From the NCBI GenBank assembly GCA_963802965.1, contig CAWDKS010000008.1, positions 5,053-69,052 of the forward strand: a stretch of 64,000 nucleotides of DNA, read 5' to 3'. Numbering within the stretch: the first letter of the stretch is position 1; the number at the start of each line of letters is the position of its first letter. The notes below the pieces were generated by a model that saw only the letters and a program-made list of their open reading frames with translations, was not told where the DNA came from and searched no databases. The DNA comes from an uncultured Verrucomicrobiae bacterium (GTDB lineage: Bacteria > Verrucomicrobiota > Verrucomicrobiia > Limisphaerales > UBA11358). The translations under genes and the position numbers were made by a program. Shown in pieces: positions 1 through 9,309 of the stretch.

Positions 1-720
1 ATGGCTGGCATCGCGCAACAAGAGCGGAGTCGTAAGAGTTGATTTCTTCAGTTCAACCAAGTCAGCAAAACCATCTACGCTCAAATAAATCAGGTCAGCC
101 CTGGATTCGAGACCGATTGTCCGCTTTGGGATGCGGGCGATGTATCGTTTTCCAAAAATCCACGTATGCTCATCAAACCATTTTTGCAGCACTGGTTCGC
201 TGGTATCCGCATTGACGAGTCTCCCAAGGGTTTGGAGGCTCTCTTCCATTTTGACGTAACGGACCGCACTTTCAAGCTTCTCAACAATTTGCGGGTTGAC
301 GATTTTCGCCAACTTTTTGATGTTCTCGTCATCTAATGAGGCGACCAACTGTTTGATTGAGGTGATATCCCGCTCTGTCAGTTTGCGAAGGGTTTCTGAA
401 TCTCCGCCGCGCAAGACAACTACATCATCCCCCGGCGTTACGTTCTGAAGGAGAGTCTGCGCTTTGACGGCGGCTGCAAGCTTTCCTATGTCATCTTCGC
501 CCAGATTGATTTTTTGATCCGGCTCGTTAGGAAAATTGGGATCCGTGGGTTTCTTTTTGTATTGCTCGATTCGCAAGCTGACGTGTTTACGATCCGGCTC
601 TGAACTCGGAACGACCCAGAAAACCGCATCAATCCGCATCCGATCCGTCCGGTGAATCGCGAATTCCTGGCGAAGGCGATCACCGCCGCCGCCGATTTGC
701 GGCTGAAGGATATCTGTCAT
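1..720 (-). CDS. Shedu-like (SduA/DUF4263) anti-phage nuclease, 3'-truncated by the window edge
   Basis: Absent from the ORF track because there is no stop in the window. Manual translation from ATG at 720 is open for 240 codons: MTDILQPQIG...SEPVLQKWFDEHTWIFGKRY...RADLIYLSVDGFADLVELKK...DASH. This matches the DUF4263 pattern E..Q.F....WIFG..Y / D....DG..D.VE.K. Confidence 0.72.
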   Translation of the reverse strand, partial: MTDILQPQIGGGGDRLRQEFAIHRTDRMRIDAVFWVVPSSEPDRKHVSLRIEQYKKKPTDPNFPNEPDQKINLGEDDIGKLAAAVKAQTLLQNVTPGDDVVVLRGGDSETLRKLTERDITSIKQLVASLDDENIKKLAKIVNPQIVEKLESAVRYVKMEESLQTLGRLVNADTSEPVLQKWFDEHTWIFGKRYIARIPKRTIGLESRADLIYLSVDGFADLVELKKSTLTTPLLLRDASH

Positions 721-760
721 AATTCGCGCCAAGTTAAATTCATAGGTTCGTTTTGGAATT

Positions 761-804
761 CATGTTCGCAAATTCCGCCGCCGCCGCAAGGATTCCTTCC
801 TGGC
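761..804. repeat. 44-bp direct repeat, copy 1 (leader/promoter-like, upstream of the Shedu-like gene)
   Basis: 40/44 identical to 1409-1452; core 768-799 is 31/32 identical to 1416-1447. Confidence 0.85.
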
Positions 805-860
805 CAAACCCAAAGGCGCGTGGTGGGAAACTGGCCTTCGCCCGTCTGCCACGCAGTTGA

Positions 861-1121
861 TTATTTCTTTCCGTATTTCACCAGCTTGTCGTGGAGCACC
901 AGCGGACCGGCGACGGATTCAAGCCCTTCCAATGTCACGGCGGGAATTTTAGCCGGGCCAAGAATGGATTTGGCGTCCAAAATCTCAATCCCCACCAGCT
1001 TCTCCCCCTCGCCAATGTTTAACGCCACTTCTTCGGACAGGCGCACGGTGCGGCACTCGTGTCGCCCTTCCCGCAGCCGGATGTAAAGCGCGTCAATCTC
1101 TGGATCGTAACTGATTTTCAT
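861..1121 (-). CDS. DUF2283 family protein, putative antitoxin
   Basis: MKISYDPEIDALYIRL...GEKLVGIEILDA signature; directly downstream of a DUF4258-like gene. Confidence 0.8.
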   Translation of the reverse strand: MKISYDPEIDALYIRLREGRHECRTVRLSEEVALNIGEGEKLVGIEILDAKSILGPAKIPAVTLEGLESVAGPLVLHDKLVKYGKK

Positions 1122-1133
1122 GGCCGGTCTCTT

Positions 1134-1388
1134 TCAAAAATAGAACGTATAAACGGTAATGACAACTATTTCGCTGGCCTTTTCGACCATGACCGGCGCA
1201 ACCTGCTTGATGGCATACGGTTTGCCCTGCCATTTGCGCCCGAAGGTAAAATTATACCGGCACAGATCCCGCCCGTGTTTGGCCGGTTCGCGCGCTCCCT
1301 TGCGAACGGCTTCAGCCACTTCAGCGGCGGTTACGCCGCGTTCCTGCGCCTGTTCTTTGGCATGTCTGGAAAACCGGATGGGTTTCAT
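1134..1388 (-). CDS. DUF4258 family protein, putative toxin
   Basis: MKPIRFSRHAKEQAQERGV...IVVITVY; 84 aa from ATG at 1388; typical pairing with DUF2283. Confidence 0.72.
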   Translation of the reverse strand: MKPIRFSRHAKEQAQERGVTAAEVAEAVRKGAREPAKHGRDLCRYNFTFGRKWQGKPYAIKQVAPVMVEKASEIVVITVYTFYF

Positions 1389-1408
1389 TGCATTCCGATG
1401 TCGCGACG

Positions 1409-1452
1409 CATCTTTGCAAATTCCACCGCCGCCGCAAGGATTCCTTCGTGGC
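1409..1452. repeat. 44-bp direct repeat, copy 2 (upstream of the TA pair)
   Basis: Matches 761-804; minus strand contains TTGCGG-N16-AAAGAT. Confidence 0.85.
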
Positions 1453-1527
1453 TTTGATTTTGCCACGCCCGGGCAAAAGTTCAACACGCCCCTTTACAGG
1501 TTCGCGCGCGGGGACTAAAGTCGTTTC

Positions 1528-2199
1528 ATGGCTGCTGATTACGATACAACCGAATTTGTGGACACCGATTTTCAAACCCAGAAATCGCCTTACGGAAACC
1601 CCGCGCCTGTCGGCGACCCGCTCCGCGCGCCCACGCGCGAGGAAGTGGACCGCAAGGTTGTCGAGGCGCAGCAAAAGCTCGCCGAACTCAAACGCGCGCA
1701 GGAGGGCTTGGAACGCGAACGCGCCGCGCTCGAGGAATTGCGCCGCCGCCAGAATGAATTCCAAACCGGCCGGCAGGAAATGGTCCACAGCCTCACGCGC
1801 GGCCTCGGCCTGCTCGAAGAGGCCGAGTTCAACGCCCGCCGCGACGCCGAGCAAATGGTCAAAACCGTCGCCGATTTCCGCGACGCGCTCGACAAGCTCC
1901 AGGCCATCCACGACGAAAGCTGGAGCAAGGAGAATTTCAGCATCGAACTCACACGCGCGCTGACCACCATCGAAAACTCGCGCATGGAATGGAACGCCGC
2001 GCGGCTCAAGTTTCCCATCCTGTCGGGCGAAACCCCGGCAAACGCGGAAGCTGAAAACGCGCCGCCGCCCGCCGCATCACCCTTCGCCAGCATGAATTTG
2101 GGCGAGCTTTGCAAGGTCGGTTTCGGGCTGACGTGGCCGCTGGCGCTCATCGCGTTGCTCGCGCTCGGTCTGATGATGGCCGTTTTGTTGCGCCACTGA
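1528..2199 (+). CDS. Coiled-coil protein with C-terminal TM helix, unknown function
   Basis: Host-like codon usage; E/R/Q heptad region; hydrophobic C-terminus; TTTACA-N17-TAAAGT promoter ending 6 nt before the ATG. Confidence 0.75.
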   Translation: MAADYDTTEFVDTDFQTQKSPYGNPAPVGDPLRAPTREEVDRKVVEAQQKLAELKRAQEGLERERAALEELRRRQNEFQTGRQEMVHSLTRGLGLLEEAEFNARRDAEQMVKTVADFRDALDKLQAIHDESWSKENFSIELTRALTTIENSRMEWNAARLKFPILSGETPANAEAENAPPPAASPFASMNLGELCKVGFGLTWPLALIALLALGLMMAVLLRH

Positions 2200-2212
2200 A
2201 AGTTGAAGCCGT

Positions 2213-2731
2213 ATGGCGTTTGCAAAGAAAAAGGCGAAAACGGTTGACCCGATTTCCGACCGCGCACGCACCCTGAACACCCAGATCGCCGCGCTCGAAA
2301 CCGAAATCAAAAGGCTCGATACGCAGCTTCAGCACACTCCCGGGCCGCGCCTGCGTTCCACCGCCATTCCGCACGGCGCGACCATTAACCGCATGCATGA
2401 GTCGCCGCCGCCTCCGCCCGCGCAGGAGCCGGTCTTTGAGGAGGTCAAACCGGTTCCGGCGAACGACGAGACCGCCGCGCCCGACCAGTTCAACGACCTC
2501 GGCGTGCGCAAATACGATTTGCCCGCGCTCATCCAGCGCCTGCGCCGGCGTTTCAGCCGGCCGGTGGCTTCCAATCCGCGGCTCGTGACCTATCTGGCCG
2601 CCGGCGGCGTGCACGGCCTGCGCCCGTTGCGGTACGAAAAGCGCGTGGCGCGGAACCGTTTCATCGTGTTCGCCGGCGGCCTATTCCTGCTGCTGCTCGG
2701 CATCATCCTCATCTATCTGCACAACCACTGA
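2213..2731 (+). CDS. Hypothetical protein with C-terminal TM helix
   Basis: 13 nt after the previous gene; N-terminal coiled coil; hydrophobic tail. Confidence 0.7.
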   Translation: MAFAKKKAKTVDPISDRARTLNTQIAALETEIKRLDTQLQHTPGPRLRSTAIPHGATINRMHESPPPPPAQEPVFEEVKPVPANDETAAPDQFNDLGVRKYDLPALIQRLRRRFSRPVASNPRLVTYLAAGGVHGLRPLRYEKRVARNRFIVFAGGLFLLLLGIILIYLHNH

Positions 2732-2743
2732 CCGAATACGCCC

Positions 2744-3262
2744 GTGAATAATCAATTGTTCCAACTGTCCATCCGCACGCCGGATGGCCAATTCATCGCG
2801 CGTTATTCCGCCAAAGGATTGGCTGAACTGAAATTCCCACGGGTAGGGTCGGCGCGCTGCGCCGACCGGACATCGCAGCGCGATGTCCCTACCAACAAAA
2901 TCCCCGCCCAAATTCTCCGCTGGCATCGCGCAACGGCGGCCGGACTGAAAAGTTCCCTGGCCGGACGCAAACCGAAAAACCTGCCGCCGCTGGATTTGGA
3001 AGGAACAGAATTTCAAAAAAGCGTCTGGAACGCGCTACGGAAGATTTCCACCGGTCGGACGAAAAGCTACGGCGAAATCGCGCGGGCGGTTGGCAAGCCA
3101 AAAGCTGTTCGCGCCGTCGGTGGCGCGTGCGGCGCGAATCCGATTCCGGTTCTCGTGCCCTGCCACCGTGTGCTGGCTGCGCAAGGAAAAATCGGCGGGT
3201 TTGGCGGCGGATTGGATTGGAAACGCAACCTGCTCGCACGCGAAGGCATTTCGTTTCGGTAG
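2744..3262 (+). CDS. ogt: Methylated-DNA--protein-cysteine methyltransferase
   Basis: GTEFQKSVW, SYGEIA, RAVGGA and PCHRV active-site motifs; carries an in-frame REP-like insert. Confidence 0.93.
   Translation: MNNQLFQLSIRTPDGQFIARYSAKGLAELKFPRVGSARCADRTSQRDVPTNKIPAQILRWHRATAAGLKSSLAGRKPKNLPPLDLEGTEFQKSVWNALRKISTGRTKSYGEIARAVGKPKAVRAVGGACGANPIPVLVPCHRVLAAQGKIGGFGGGLDWKRNLLAREGISFR
2842..2893 (+). repeat. GTAG-type REP doublet, family A, in frame in ogt
   Basis: GGTAGGG...CCCTACC termini with two hairpins; translated as VGSARCADRTSQRDVPT; siblings at 8428 and 19108. Confidence 0.88.
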
Positions 3263-3287
3263 GGCGCGTCACTCCGTGCGCGCCGTT
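3258..3287 (+). repeat. GTAG-type REP, family B; supplies the ogt stop codon
   Basis: GGTAGGGCGCGTCACTCCGTGCGCGCCG; reverse complement occurs inside metH at about 57521-57549. Confidence 0.8.
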
Positions 3288-3294
3288 AGCAGTT

Positions 3295-3894
3295 ATGATA
3301 GAATTATTTTCTTCCGACAAAGCTATGGGGTACCGCCTTTTGGTTGGCGTCTTCATGTGTTTAATGCTGCCATTTGCGAGCCTTTTCCTATCCGCCAGAG
3401 TGCGAAACAAACTCGGAACGCGTGGGGTCATTGCAGGATTGATTCTACTATTAGTCGTTATTCCAGTCGTGCTGGCGATCACCGCACCTGTATGGCTTGA
3501 GTCGCCCTATATTCGTTTCACGCATAAAAACCAAAAGTATTATGCCGAGATTTCCAGGGCCTCTGATTTGCTGCTACAGCAACACACGACTTTCTACAAA
3601 CATTCGGAGCCACTTTCGCAACAGCATCCCAAAACTGATTTTCATTGGATAGATACAAACGACGTTGTCTGGGATATGATTGCCCTTTCAGGGCAAGATC
3701 CGACGCTTCCCAAGACCATCCGCCGACTACATCCATACCAAATCCTTATTGCACCCAATCATGTTAGTATCTGGATCGGTGTCAGACCTGACTACACGAT
3801 AAATTGGGACCAAGATGAGACGAAAACCAACTCTTGGACTCTGACGTGCGGCGGTGAAGGAGTGGGGGAAAGCCTTTATGTCGAAACGAGGTAA
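3295..3894 (+). CDS. Hypothetical membrane-anchored protein, lower GC
   Basis: Open frame with two N-terminal hydrophobic segments; visibly more AT-rich than its neighbours; start at 3295 is inferred. Confidence 0.55.
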   Translation: MIELFSSDKAMGYRLLVGVFMCLMLPFASLFLSARVRNKLGTRGVIAGLILLLVVIPVVLAITAPVWLESPYIRFTHKNQKYYAEISRASDLLLQQHTTFYKHSEPLSQQHPKTDFHWIDTNDVVWDMIALSGQDPTLPKTIRRLHPYQILIAPNHVSIWIGVRPDYTINWDQDETKTNSWTLTCGGEGVGESLYVETR

Positions 3895-3946
3895 CAAAGC
3901 CACGACGACTGGCTGCTAATTTTCCTTTCTTTGTCTTTGCCAACGT

Positions 3947-4954
3947 TCACCCTGCCGTCAAGCGGATGATTTCACGCAATGATGTTTGAGGTTTGAAATT
4001 TACGAACCGTTCCAGTTTTTTCACCAGCGGCTTGCGTCGCCGCATGTCATCAAATCCGGGCGAATACGCCTCGTCGTAAGGAATCAGTTTAATCTTCGAT
4101 TTTGAGCCGAGCGTTTTGACCACCAATCGCGCGAGTTCGAGGATGCTGATTTCCTCCGTGCCGCCGATGTTGAAAATTTCGCCGAGAACACTTTGGCATG
4201 AGAGAGCTGGCGTCCCGCCGGCGTTTTGAGTTCGCAGGCGGGACGCCTGCGCTACTTTTTGCAAACGCACCAACGCTTCCACCGCGTCATTCACCAGACA
4301 AAAACATCGCGTCTGCCTGCCGTTGCCAAAGACTTTCAGCGGTTCATTCTTTTTCGCTGCCGCGATGAAGCGGGGCAGCACCATGCCGTAACGCCCGGTC
4401 TGGCGCGGGCCGACGGTGTTGAACAGCCGCGCGATGGTGACTGGCAGGTTTTTTTCGCGCGCGTAGGCCAGCGCGAGAAATTCGTCGGTGAGTTTCGAGC
4501 ACGCGTAGCTCCAGCGCGATTGCCCCGGCGGGCCGATGAGCAAATCGTCGTCCTCGCCGAACGCCGGCTTTGCGTTCTTGCCATAGACTTCCGAGGTCGA
4601 GGTCAGCAGGAGCGGCGTGCGGTTCGCGGCGGCGGCGCGCAGCAAAATCTGCGTTTCGTAAAAACTCGCCTCCAAAACGTGCAGCGCGGATTTGACGACG
4701 AGTTCAACGCCAACGGTCGCGGCCAGATGAAAAATAAATTCCGCGTTCGCCGCCAGTTTTGGCAATTCGGCGCACGTGGAAATTTTGGATTCAATCACGC
4801 GCAGCCGCGGATGGTTTCTTACCGTGCGCAGATTTTCCAACCGGCCGGTTGAAAAATCGTCAATGACGACGACACGATTGCCGTTGGCCAGCAGTTGCTC
4901 GACCAGGTGCGAGCCGATGAAGCCGGCTCCTCCTGTGACAAGGATATGTTTCAT
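3947..4954 (-). CDS. NAD-dependent nucleotide-sugar epimerase/dehydratase
   Basis: MKHILVTGGAGFIGSHL, TSTSEVYG, YACSK (YxxxK), RLFNTVGPRQ. Confidence 0.92.
   Translation of the reverse strand: MKHILVTGGAGFIGSHLVEQLLANGNRVVVIDDFSTGRLENLRTVRNHPRLRVIESKISTCAELPKLAANAEFIFHLAATVGVELVVKSALHVLEASFYETQILLRAAAANRTPLLLTSTSEVYGKNAKPAFGEDDDLLIGPPGQSRWSYACSKLTDEFLALAYAREKNLPVTIARLFNTVGPRQTGRYGMVLPRFIAAAKKNEPLKVFGNGRQTRCFCLVNDAVEALVRLQKVAQASRLRTQNAGGTPALSCQSVLGEIFNIGGTEEISILELARLVVKTLGSKSKIKLIPYDEAYSPGFDDMRRRKPLVKKLERFVNFKPQTSLREIIRLTAG
4201..4255 (-). repeat. REP-like palindrome, family C, in frame in the epimerase
   Basis: GTAGCGCAGGCGTCCCGCCTGCG...GCCGGCGGGACGCCAGC; peptide VAQASRLRTQNAGGTPAL. Confidence 0.75.
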
Positions 4955-5099
4955 TCGCTGGACGGGTGAAACATCCAATTGATCGTAGCGGCGTCCCGGC
5001 AGAGCGCCGCTAATTTCAAAAAATTCGAGAATGCGGCTCTCTGCCGAGAAGCCGCTACGCCATCTCCGAATTTCGATTCGCCGATGTAACGGTTCGTTT

Positions 5100-6203
5100 T
5101 CATTTGAGCGCGGCAGCGATCGCCTCCGCCAGTTTCTGCCGGTAGTCCGCGCTTTCAATCCGCTTTGCCTCCGCCGGATTCGAGAGGTAGCCGTTTTCAA
5201 CCAAAACCGCCGGACAATTTTGGCCGCGCAGCACTTCGATGTAGCGCACGTGGCGCACGCCGCGGTCTTCCATTCCCGTCGCGCGCAGCAACGCGGTTTG
5301 CAGCTTTACCGCGAGTTGCAGATTTTGCGCGTCAAAATCGTTGCTCGACAATTTTTCCCGCCACAAATCGGCGTAACCGCGCGTGCCGGTCGAGGGCATT
5401 CCGGTCGGAGTGAAACAATAAGTTTCCAGGCCGGCAATGTTCTCGTCCCGGTCGGGCGTCGCATTGAAATGCAGGCTGATGAACAAATCCGCGCGATGCG
5501 CCGTGGCGAAAACGGGGCGGTTGGAATTGGCCACGTAGCTGTCGTTCGTGCGCGTGAGAAACACCGTCCAGCCGTTTGTTTCGAGCAGCGGCTTGAGGCG
5601 TAGCGCCGTGTCGAGCGTGAATTCCTTCTCGAACCGGCCGTCGAGCACGCTGTGCGTGCCGGTATTGCTGCCGCCGTGGCCGGGATCAATCACGATGACG
5701 CGGTTGGTGCCGAACATCAACGGCGGGTCGCACAAAAGCGGTTCAAGATTTCTCCGCAAATCGAGTTCGTGCAGAAAAATCTGATTGTCAATGAGCTGCG
5801 GTTCAAAGCCCAGGTTGATTTCGATGCCGTTCCAGGTCGCTTCGCGGCTGCCGATTTCCAAAACCATCGCGCCGTTTGTCGAACCGATGGCATACGCGGC
5901 CACCGGCAGGCCGGACAGCAAATGCGGCGCGCCGATTTTGTGTTCGACGGCCCAGCGGCTGAGCGAAGTCCACGTTAACACCGGCGCGGGACGAGCGGCG
6001 TTCGCCGGGTGAACGACCGGCGGCAGGGATGTTTTGACGACCGGTGTGCTGGGACGAGGCGGTTGCGGCATTTGCGGCTTTTGAACTTCATTGGTCGCGG
6101 GCCAGTTGGGCGGCAGCGGTTCGTTGGGGGCGCTGCGCGGCGTGGTCGCGCAGCCCGCCAAAAAAAACGCCGCGATGAAAATGAGGCCAGCCGGTTTTAA
6201 CAC
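5100..6203 (-). CDS. N-acetylmuramoyl-L-alanine amidase (Amidase_3), lipoprotein
   Basis: Lipobox LAGC; IDPGHGG, EK, TR, SLHFNA and PAVLVENGYLSN motifs. Confidence 0.9.
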   Translation of the reverse strand: MLKPAGLIFIAAFFLAGCATTPRSAPNEPLPPNWPATNEVQKPQMPQPPRPSTPVVKTSLPPVVHPANAARPAPVLTWTSLSRWAVEHKIGAPHLLSGLPVAAYAIGSTNGAMVLEIGSREATWNGIEINLGFEPQLIDNQIFLHELDLRRNLEPLLCDPPLMFGTNRVIVIDPGHGGSNTGTHSVLDGRFEKEFTLDTALRLKPLLETNGWTVFLTRTNDSYVANSNRPVFATAHRADLFISLHFNATPDRDENIAGLETYCFTPTGMPSTGTRGYADLWREKLSSNDFDAQNLQLAVKLQTALLRATGMEDRGVRHVRYIEVLRGQNCPAVLVENGYLSNPAEAKRIESADYRQKLAEAIAAALK

Positions 6204-6255
6204 GCGGCCATTGTGCGGCAGGCAAAACCGGACTCAAGCTGTTTCGAGTTCAATC

Positions 6256-6356
6256 CTCCTCGTCGTCGTCCTCGTTCTCGTAATCGAACTGTGGAATTCG
6301 AGGACGAGGACGAGGACGAGAACGAGGACGAGGACGAGAACGAGGACGAGGACGAG
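6256..6356. repeat. Hairpin of inverted hexamer tandem repeats (CTCGTC / GAGGAC)
   Basis: Left arm 6256-6287; right arm (GAGGAC/GAGAAC)n at 6298-6356. Confidence 0.85.
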
Positions 6357-6401
6357 CGGGATGGGTTGCTCGTTTGAAACGGCTCGGTCATAATCCGGCC
6401 A

Positions 6402-6959
6402 GTGAAGATCTTGGTTGCCATCACCGGAGCCAGCGGCGCGCTTTATGCGCAACGCCTGCTCGATAATCTCGACCCGCGCCGGCATGAATTGAATGTCGTG
6501 ATAAGCCATTACGCGCAGCAGGTCATTGCCGGGGAATTGCCCGGTGGCCTGCGCCTGCCCGCCGGGGTCAGGACGCACAACCTCAAGAGCATGAACGCGC
6601 CGTTTGCCAGCGGGTCGAATCCGCCCGACGCCATGGTCGTCATCCCCTGCACCATGGGCACGATGGGCCGCATCGCGCACGGTTACAGCGAGGACGTGCT
6701 GCTCCGCGCCGCCGACGTGGTGTTGAAGGAACGGAAAAAATTGGTTTTGGTCCCCCGCGAAACACCGTTAAGCCTCGTTCACGTCAAAAACATGGAACTG
6801 TTGCTGCAGGCTGGGGCGACGATTCTGCCGGCGAACCCGGGGTTTTACTCGAACCCGAAAACCGTCCAGGACGTGGTGGACACCGTGGTGGCGCGCGTGC
6901 TGGATCATCTGGGCCTGCCGCAAAAGCTCGTGCCGCGCTGGTCGGAAGAAAAAGAATGA
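6402..6959 (+). CDS. ubiX: Flavin prenyltransferase UbiX
   Basis: ILVAITGASG, APFASGS, PCTMGT, RAADVVLKERKKLVLVPRETP. Confidence 0.95.
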   Translation: MKILVAITGASGALYAQRLLDNLDPRRHELNVVISHYAQQVIAGELPGGLRLPAGVRTHNLKSMNAPFASGSNPPDAMVVIPCTMGTMGRIAHGYSEDVLLRAADVVLKERKKLVLVPRETPLSLVHVKNMELLLQAGATILPANPGFYSNPKTVQDVVDTVVARVLDHLGLPQKLVPRWSEEKE

Positions 6960-6963
6960 AGAC

Positions 6964-7048
6964 TTAACGCGGAGGCGCAGAGAACGCAGAGTTGAAATGA
7001 AAAATCTTTGCGTTTCTTTCTCTACGCTCTCTGCGCCTCTGCGATGAA
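6964..7048. repeat. Hairpin of inverted 9-mer repeats (CGCAGAG-type)
   Basis: TTAACGCGGAGGCGCAGAGAACGCAGAG ... CTCTACGCTCTCTGCGCCTCTGCGATGAA. Confidence 0.8.
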
Positions 7049-7060
7049 GAAAATTCACCG

Positions 7061-7957
7061 ATGATTCAGATATTACAAAAATGGGGCGGGTTCGTCCGCT
7101 TCTCGCACACGGTCTTCGCGCTGCCGTTTGCGCTGGCGGCGATGATGGTGGCGGCGCGCGATAACCGTGGCTGGCCGGGCTGGAAAATTTTCGGACTGAT
7201 TCTCGCGGCGATGGTTTGCGCGCGAACGTGCGCGATGGCGTTCAATCGCATCGTTGACCGCAAATTCGACGCGCTGAATCCGCGCACGGCCAGGCGCCAC
7301 TTGCCCGCCGGACAAATTTCACTGACGAGCGCAATCGCGCTTTGCCTGTTGAGTGGCGTGGGATTGGTCGTTACCAGCCATTTTCTGAATCCACTGTGCT
7401 TTTATTTGTCGCCCGTCGCATTGGTGGTGGTTTGTTTTTATTCGTTCACGAAACGGTTCACGGATTGCACCCACGTTTTTCTCGGAATTTCACTGGCGCT
7501 CGCGCCGGTCGGCGCGTGGCTGGCGGTGAAAGGCGCGGATGTTTCCGTTCTGGAAATTTTGCAGATGACCGCGCTCGCGCTGGCCGTGGTTCTGTGGCTG
7601 GTCGGTTTCGACATCATTTACGCGCTGCAGGATTACGAGTTCGACAAGGCGCACGGGCTGCGCTCGCTCGTCGTGGCATGGGGACCGAAGAACGCGCTGG
7701 CGGCCGCGTTTCTGGCGCACATGATGATGTGCGGATTGCTGGTGCTGTTCGGACTGCTCTGTGGATTTCGCATCGCCTATTTCCTCGGCTGGTTTGTCAT
7801 CGTCGGCTGCCTCGTGCTGGAGCATTGGATTGCCCGCCGCCGCAGCTTGAACTGGATCAATCTCGCCTTTTTCCGCCTGAACGCGCTCGTCAGCGCCGTT
7901 TTTCTGATCGTCACCGCCGCCGAAGTGATTTTTCAAGGCGGATTCAAGCTGCGCTGA
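7061..7957 (+). CDS. mqnP: UbiA-family prenyltransferase of the futalosine pathway (MqnP-like)
   Basis: FSHTVFALPF, NRIVDRKFDALNPRT, YSFTKRFT, GFDIIYALQDYEFD; mqn gene context. Confidence 0.85.
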   Translation: MIQILQKWGGFVRFSHTVFALPFALAAMMVAARDNRGWPGWKIFGLILAAMVCARTCAMAFNRIVDRKFDALNPRTARRHLPAGQISLTSAIALCLLSGVGLVVTSHFLNPLCFYLSPVALVVVCFYSFTKRFTDCTHVFLGISLALAPVGAWLAVKGADVSVLEILQMTALALAVVLWLVGFDIIYALQDYEFDKAHGLRSLVVAWGPKNALAAAFLAHMMMCGLLVLFGLLCGFRIAYFLGWFVIVGCLVLEHWIARRRSLNWINLAFFRLNALVSAVFLIVTAAEVIFQGGFKLR

Positions 7958-8005
7958 CCGCAAACGCGAATTTGCCAAACGCGCAATTTCTGCTAATCCT
8001 GTCGC

Positions 8006-9238
8006 GTGAATTTTTTTATTCAACGCAGCGAATTGCGCGACCTCTACGACAAGGTCGCCGCCGGGGAGCGCATTTCCGAGGCCGACGCGCTGCGGCTGTT
8101 TGAATCCAAAGACCTGAACGCCGTCGGCGCCATCGCGGATTTTGCGCACCAGAAAAAAACCGGCAACAACCGCGCCAGCTACATTATCAACCGCTACGTC
8201 AACTACTCGAACTACTGCATCCTGTCGTGCCAGTTCTGCTCCTTTGCGCGCAAGAAACGCGACGCCGACGGCTTCCAATTCACGGTTGACGAAATTGTGC
8301 AAAAGGCGCGCGAGGCGTTGAAGCTCGGCATTACCGAATTGCACATCGTCGGCGGACTGCATCCGTCGCTGCCGTTCAGCTATTACACGGACATGCTCAA
8401 GGCGCTGCGCGCTTTGAATAATGAAATGGTAGGGTCGTCGCGCTGCAACGACCGGACGGCGCAGCGCGCCGTCCCTACCCAGCGCCTGCAATTGAAATGC
8501 TTCACCGCCATAGAAATTTTGCACCTCGCCTGGCTCGCCAAAAAATCCGTCGAGCAGACGTTGATTGAATTGAAAGATGCCGGACTGGATTCGCTCACCG
8601 GCGGTGGCGCGGAGATTTTCCGCAAGGAAGTCCGTTCGGCCATCGCCAAAGGCAAGGAATCCGCCGAGGAATATCTGGACGTGCATCGCACCTGGCATCG
8701 CATGGGCGGGCGCAGCACCTGCACGATGCTTTACGGCCACGTCGAATCACTGGCCGACCGCGTGGCCCATCTGCGGCAATTGCGCACGCTGCAGGACGAG
8801 ACGCACGGTTTCACCGGCTTTGTGCCGCTGCCGTATCAGCCGGAGGACAACGACATTCCTGTGGAGAATCCACCGACCGGCTTCGATTCGCTCCGCACCA
8901 TCGCCGTCAGCCGCATCTACCTGGACAACTTCGACCACGTCACCGCGTATTGGGTCGGCCTCGGCCTGAAGCTGGCGCAGGTGGCGTTGAGCTACGGCGC
9001 GGACGATCTGCATGGCACCATCATCGAAGAACACATCTTCCACATGGCCGGCGCGACCTCACCGCAGTTGCAGACGGAAGCGGACATGATCAAGGCCATC
9101 CGTGAAGCCGGACGCACGCCGATCCAACGCAACACCTTCTACGAGCCGATAAAAATTCTGGAAAACGCGCCAGAGCCCGAAGCGACGGAAAATTCAGTGC
9201 GTTCCAAGGTGCTGGAGGATAATCTGGCGACGGCATGA
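8006..9238 (+). CDS. mqnE: Aminofutalosine synthase MqnE (radical SAM)
   Basis: NYSNYCILSCQFCSF (CxxxCxxC), ELHIVGGLHP, GGGAEIF, TMLYGHVE, GTIIEEHIFHMAGA. Confidence 0.9.
   Translation: MNFFIQRSELRDLYDKVAAGERISEADALRLFESKDLNAVGAIADFAHQKKTGNNRASYIINRYVNYSNYCILSCQFCSFARKKRDADGFQFTVDEIVQKAREALKLGITELHIVGGLHPSLPFSYYTDMLKALRALNNEMVGSSRCNDRTAQRAVPTQRLQLKCFTAIEILHLAWLAKKSVEQTLIELKDAGLDSLTGGGAEIFRKEVRSAIAKGKESAEEYLDVHRTWHRMGGRSTCTMLYGHVESLADRVAHLRQLRTLQDETHGFTGFVPLPYQPEDNDIPVENPPTGFDSLRTIAVSRIYLDNFDHVTAYWVGLGLKLAQVALSYGADDLHGTIIEEHIFHMAGATSPQLQTEADMIKAIREAGRTPIQRNTFYEPIKILENAPEPEATENSVRSKVLEDNLATA
8428..8479 (+). repeat. GTAG-type REP doublet, family A, in frame in mqnE
   Basis: Peptide VGSSRCNDRTAQRAVPT; same architecture as 2842-2893. 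Confidence 0.88.
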
Positions 9239-9309
9239 CGCAGGACGTTTCGAAACCATACATCGGCCCGGCGCATTCTTTCCGCGCCGCGCCGGTCCGT
9301 TATCTAGCG

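Noticed and set aside
6234-6424. ORFs with LVLVLV / RTRTRT / poly-Ser tracts
   Set aside because: Translations of the intergenic hexamer repeat, not genes.
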